DNA of 64,000 nucleotides from contig CM120640.1 in NCBI GenBank assembly GCA_051362555.1, positions 63,032,788-63,096,787 on the forward strand, read 5' to 3'. The notes beneath the pieces were generated by a model. The model saw only the letters and a program-made list of their open reading frames with translations, was not told the origin of the DNA and ran no database searches. The translations under genes and the position numbers were made by a program. The DNA is from Lingula anatina. Taxonomy: Eukaryota; Animalia; Brachiopoda. Positions 61,001 to 64,000 of this stretch are shown piece after piece (the first letter of the stretch is position 1; each line of letters begins with the position of its first letter).

Positions 61001-63773
61001 GAGATAAAAGGAAAGCAAAATTTGCAAAATTCAGTTCATGGTGTAAAGTAGGTCAAAGGTCAATTTTAAGGTCACATTTTGATTGCCAGTATATGACTTC
61101 CTATTCAAGTTCAATAGTAACTATGGACCTATCTCTGCCAGTTTTGGAGATAAAAGGGAAGCAAATTTTGCAAAATTCAGTTTATGGTGAAAAGTAGGTC
61201 AAAGGTCAATTTTAAGGTCACATTTAGATTGCCAGTATATGACTTCCTATTCAAGTTCAATAGTAACTATGGACCTATATCTGCCAGTTTTGGAGATAAA
61301 AGGGAAGAAAAATTTGCAAAGTTCAGTTCATGGTGAAAAGTAGGTCAAAGGTCACTTTCAAGGTCATAGTAAGATTGCCAGTATATGACTTCCTATTCAA
61401 CTTCAATAGTAACTATGGACCTATCTCTGCCAGTTTTGGAGATAAAAGGGAAGAAAAATTTGCAAAGTTCAGTTCATGGTGAAAAGTAGGTCAAAGGTCA
61501 CTTTCAAGGTCATAGTACGATTGCCAGTATATGACTTCCTATTCAACTTCAATAGTAACTATGGACCTATCTCTGCCAGTTTTGGAGATATAAGGGACTA
61601 AATGTTATAATTTTGGAGTTACCATAATGTGCCTTAAATTTCATACAGAAAAAATTAATTAAAATAAAGAAAATGTCATTTTGGTCAAAATTCTTGAAAT
61701 AGGAGGTGCTCTGAAGTTTCAGAAGTTCAAATTTGATGAAATAATGTCATTTTTGAACACAAGTTGTCTGCTTTGCCAAGCCTTATGTTTTATTTTTCCA
61801 GAGTTCAAAATTTATTATCCATTACCGTACTGCACATTTTGCTTTTACCACCAATATGTACTTTTTGATACAGCGTAACTCGAAAACCGTATGGAATACA
61901 AAAAAACCGAGACCACCTTCAGTGTTGGGCTTTACATGCTCTACAAAATGCAAAAAAGAATGGGTCTCTAGCATTAACGGTTCCCGAATTAGAGACAGTT
62001 TTCAGTTTCGGTATCTTATGGCCGCTACTCCCGTGAAAATGCACCGATTGACCCCAAATTCATGGAGATGAAAGATGACCTGAAGGGTAACACCTTCCAA
62101 TAATATTATTGGTTAAGTCTGTGTGGTGTCTGAATAACAGGGCAAAAAAAAATTTTTTCGTAAAAAATTTCATTTTTTTGAAAATTTTGGCCCATTTGAC
62201 CTTGAAGTAAAGGTCAAAGGTCAAATCCAAGGGTATATTTGAAATCTACACATATGACTTTTGGAAAGCCGTCTATAGAAATTTTTCCCATAACTCCTTC
62301 CGTAGGGTAGATAATTGGCATTTAATTTTGCCATTTTTAGACAAGGGTGCATTGCAATGAGTGCCACACCCAGACCCCAATACCGACAAAGCCCAAATTT
62401 TACGTGGAACGAGTTGAGATTATAGGTGACCTAAATCCATGAGATGGGTACGGGGGCCCTTACCGTCTAGGAGGAGAAGCGGTAACGGTAGCCGTCCGGC
62501 GGAGCCAACGGAGCCGGCGGAGCCGGCGGAACGATCCGGACGGGACCGAAACCATGTGTACCGCCAGCGCTAACGCTGGTGGTACAATTATGTTGCAGTG
62601 ATGGTTTGCTGTGTACAATTTCCTGTACTAAGTATCATTTTACAGTACAAGCAAGAAATTTTTCATTCTTTCTTTGATGATCTTAACACTTTTAAGTTTT
62701 GTAATTCCATCTTAATTTTGGTTCTATAATGAAATTCCTGGTAGATTGAAAATCAAAAGGAAGAATTTCCAAAGCAAACAATGTATTTAAAAGAAATGCA
62801 AAAGAACTGGCCATTTTCCTAATTTGACCTTGAAATATAAACAGCTGAGTTTATGGAGGCTCTTATCACTGACCTTAACGCTGTTCTGTAATGGTGAACT
62901 GCCTGTTCAATGCGACCCCAGTCTTTCAACATGTTGGCATAATTGTAGTGGACCTTGGCATTGTGAGGAAGAGTTTCCAGTCCGGACCTGAGAATTATTA
63001 GGGAATCAGTCACTATCTAAGATTCAATGTAAAAATACCTCATGTTCAAAAGAATAAAGAGGTTTAATGAGGCCAAACAAAAAACTCAACTCAATCTCAA
63101 AAATAAGTATTTCAGCACAGAATGTCGCGGTGTACCAATTAACTTGTCTATACTTACGTAAAGAGTGTCTCTCTGTTGTACCACACCCTATTCCTTATCA
63201 CAGTCCTTGCAGCAAACAAAGCCACAAGGCAATATAACATAGCATGTAGCAGTCTTTTCTTTTGTTTAAATTTGACTGTGATACTGTCAAACCCTTGCAC
63301 AACCAAAATACAAAACCCCATGCTGAAAAACAAGTATATCAAATTGTAATTGATTAACTGTTTAAATTACTCAAATTAAGAAATACATTATTCCAACTAG
63401 CATACATTTACTGTTTATTCTAATAGTAATGTTACCTGTATAGTTTTCTCAATAATGTAGCCAACATGTGCACATTACAAATTACATTATTCAAAAATTT
63501 TAAATGAAAATTTGATCCATTAGGTGTCAAGCATTTCATCTTTCCTTCAAACTGAATGGACACAATTATTTTAATTAAACCATTCAAACTAAAACTAAAC
63601 ATTTTTCAGCAAGATCAAATGATACTTGTATATATTTAGCAGACTTTACCTTGAGATGTAAAGGATTCTTTCAGCAACAACAAAGCCTACCCTAATAAAT
63701 AAATTAGAAGCTGGCAAGAAGGGCACAGTAAGGAAAAGAAGGCCTGTAAATGTCACCTTTCCTGTGGAAGTCT
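52025..63773 (-). CDS. TMTC1: Protein O-mannosyltransferase TMTC1, 3' part (gene starts beyond the right edge)
   Basis: Approximate exons 63650-63773 (PFLPASNLFIRVGFVVAERILY), 63158-63323, 62874-62986 (SGLETLPHNAKVHYNYANMLKD), 59417-59561 (HASANNNLGTL), 58889-59102, 57976-58111, 53381-53524, 52921-53058, 52498-52627, 52300-52379, 52025-52166. TPR repeats present. The LPHNAKVHYNYAN context best fits TMTC1. Confidence 0.9.
54643..55737 (+). CDS. Intronless class A GPCR (FMRFamide-receptor/sex-peptide-receptor/Srw-like), nested antisense in a TMTC1 intron
   Basis: 364 aa with 7 hydrophobic segments. GIISNILNIVVL, YLLGLAIADL, TIERF, FNIPR, FLIGELP and SLNFVIYCVFNRRFR; N-terminal sequon NSS. Confidence 0.92.
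   Translation: MGNQEKQISGSIISHPYDNSSNCSSGFRNTAEEDLILAYKQIILGYVVPSICLYGIISNILNIVVLSSNKLKDSLYTYLLGLAIADLLSLVLFLFSSLTRGLYNGDFGWMTFEVYIYFPFASASTMASALQTIAVTIERFFWVSKPMKSKQFCTRELAVKVTLGIYITCIIFNIPRCFAFTLAKQVSCNSTESADFYHFTYTEFGTSSFYMAHSWVSLIGITFGGILFLLTFNILLFRAVYISNKTSITMVSSSQQQRTKHQQRLTMTLVSVVTVFLIGELPSAMVNRSVSVAIYGQGDMSVLSNQTYQLMSLLGTTLVVLQHSLNFVIYCVFNRRFRTVFRVHTLRCSTNTVHDVGITLNNLS
56617..57606 (+). CDS. Second nested class A GPCR, paralog of the first; true start uncertain
   Basis: GISANMLNLIVL, YLRGLALTDM, AFERY, FNLPRF, QRLTVMLVGV, FLMGEIP and SLNFFIYCVINRKFR. The frame is open from 56491 but the first ATG is at 56617. Confidence 0.9.
   Translation: MEEYIIKFTGYGIVMISICIFGISANMLNLIVLSDQKKFSQSSYTYLRGLALTDMLNLIFYLLSGLARGIFPTNCGWMFYELYIYYPIGTMSSNATMLLTVLLAFERYCWIAHPLRMRKYCNRKIAFRATLVASTFCIIFNLPRFFGYYVECHINLNDSSIADDNTRHHYFYHEVQYTDFGSSGFLQVYYWIHLVPIVLGSCIILIILNMLLIKHTHRARKRIQNMTSNVFLHRAHEQQRLTVMLVGVTFLFLMGEIPSALASRLFARLLYGDIDNTEFIIVNVVTSNLNVVQYSLNFFIYCVINRKFRKACQKMFLCNQSNSIVPAVA
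59678..62590 (-). mobile_element. Non-autonomous Helentron-type element carrying a tandem-repeat array, in a TMTC1 intron
   Basis: On the minus strand: 5' subTIR TTGTACCACCAGC with adjacent inverted repeat GCTGGCGGTAC, a GC-rich microsatellite-like tract, then 3' subTIR GCTGGTGGTACAA, hairpin GAGGCG-GTAT-CGCCTC and terminal CTAGTT. Confidence 0.85.
59880..61597. repeat. Satellite-like array of 12 monomers of ~146 bp (last one partial)
   Basis: The GTAGGTCA(A)AGGTCA anchor recurs at 59883, 60027, 60173, 60319, 60465, 60610, 60756, 60902, 61048, 61194, 61340 and 61486 (two copies carry a substitution). Confidence 0.97.
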
Positions 63774-64000
63774 ACAACAGAAAAAAGGTAATATTCAAAA
63801 TAAACTGAAATGGAGACAAAACTTTTTATTTGGCAATGAATCATCCAGAATAAATTAACTTTAAGTACATGCAACAACATGAAACAAAACAAAGCTTCAG
63901 TCTTAAACAAGATGAAATATCTGTATGTGATGATTGTTTAAATTTGTAACAAAATCTATGAACAGTATCTTAATGTCATATATTGTTCAAGCTAATAAAT

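Noticed and set aside
59880-61597. Regular array that could be mistaken for CRISPR, and the repeated short ORFs inside it
   Set aside because: Whole monomers repeat with no unique spacers, there are no cas genes and the context is eukaryotic. The ORFs are by-products of the satellite.

Overview
AT-rich, intron-rich nuclear DNA from an animal, most likely a marine invertebrate bilaterian (inferred from gene content and repeat types; the species cannot be told from the sequence). I reconstructed spliced gene models by hand from GT-AG sites and reading-frame phase. Left to right: TPCN1 (minus, runs off the left edge) head-to-head with IQCD/DRC10; DCTPP1 (minus) head-to-head with NDUFS8, start codons only 88 bp apart; two convergent SLC31/CTR copper transporters (one canonical, one divergent); two tandem secreted MMPs (the second with an eroded prodomain); a single-exon GCNT core-2 GlcNAc transferase; a CD225/dispanin gene; and TMTC1 (minus, enters from the right edge). 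One TMTC1 intron holds two antisense class A GPCR genes, and another holds a Helentron-type element with twelve ~146-bp repeats. Many non-autonomous DNA transposons are present, one nested in another. I found no CRISPR, rRNA, tRNA or prokaryotic system and cannot claim a wholly new system. The best leads are the TPCN1-IQCD arrangement shared with human, the compact DCTPP1/NDUFS8 promoter with a possible mitochondrial DCTPP1 isoform, the divergent CTR and MMP paralogs, the nested GPCR pair and the DR1-bearing satellite.
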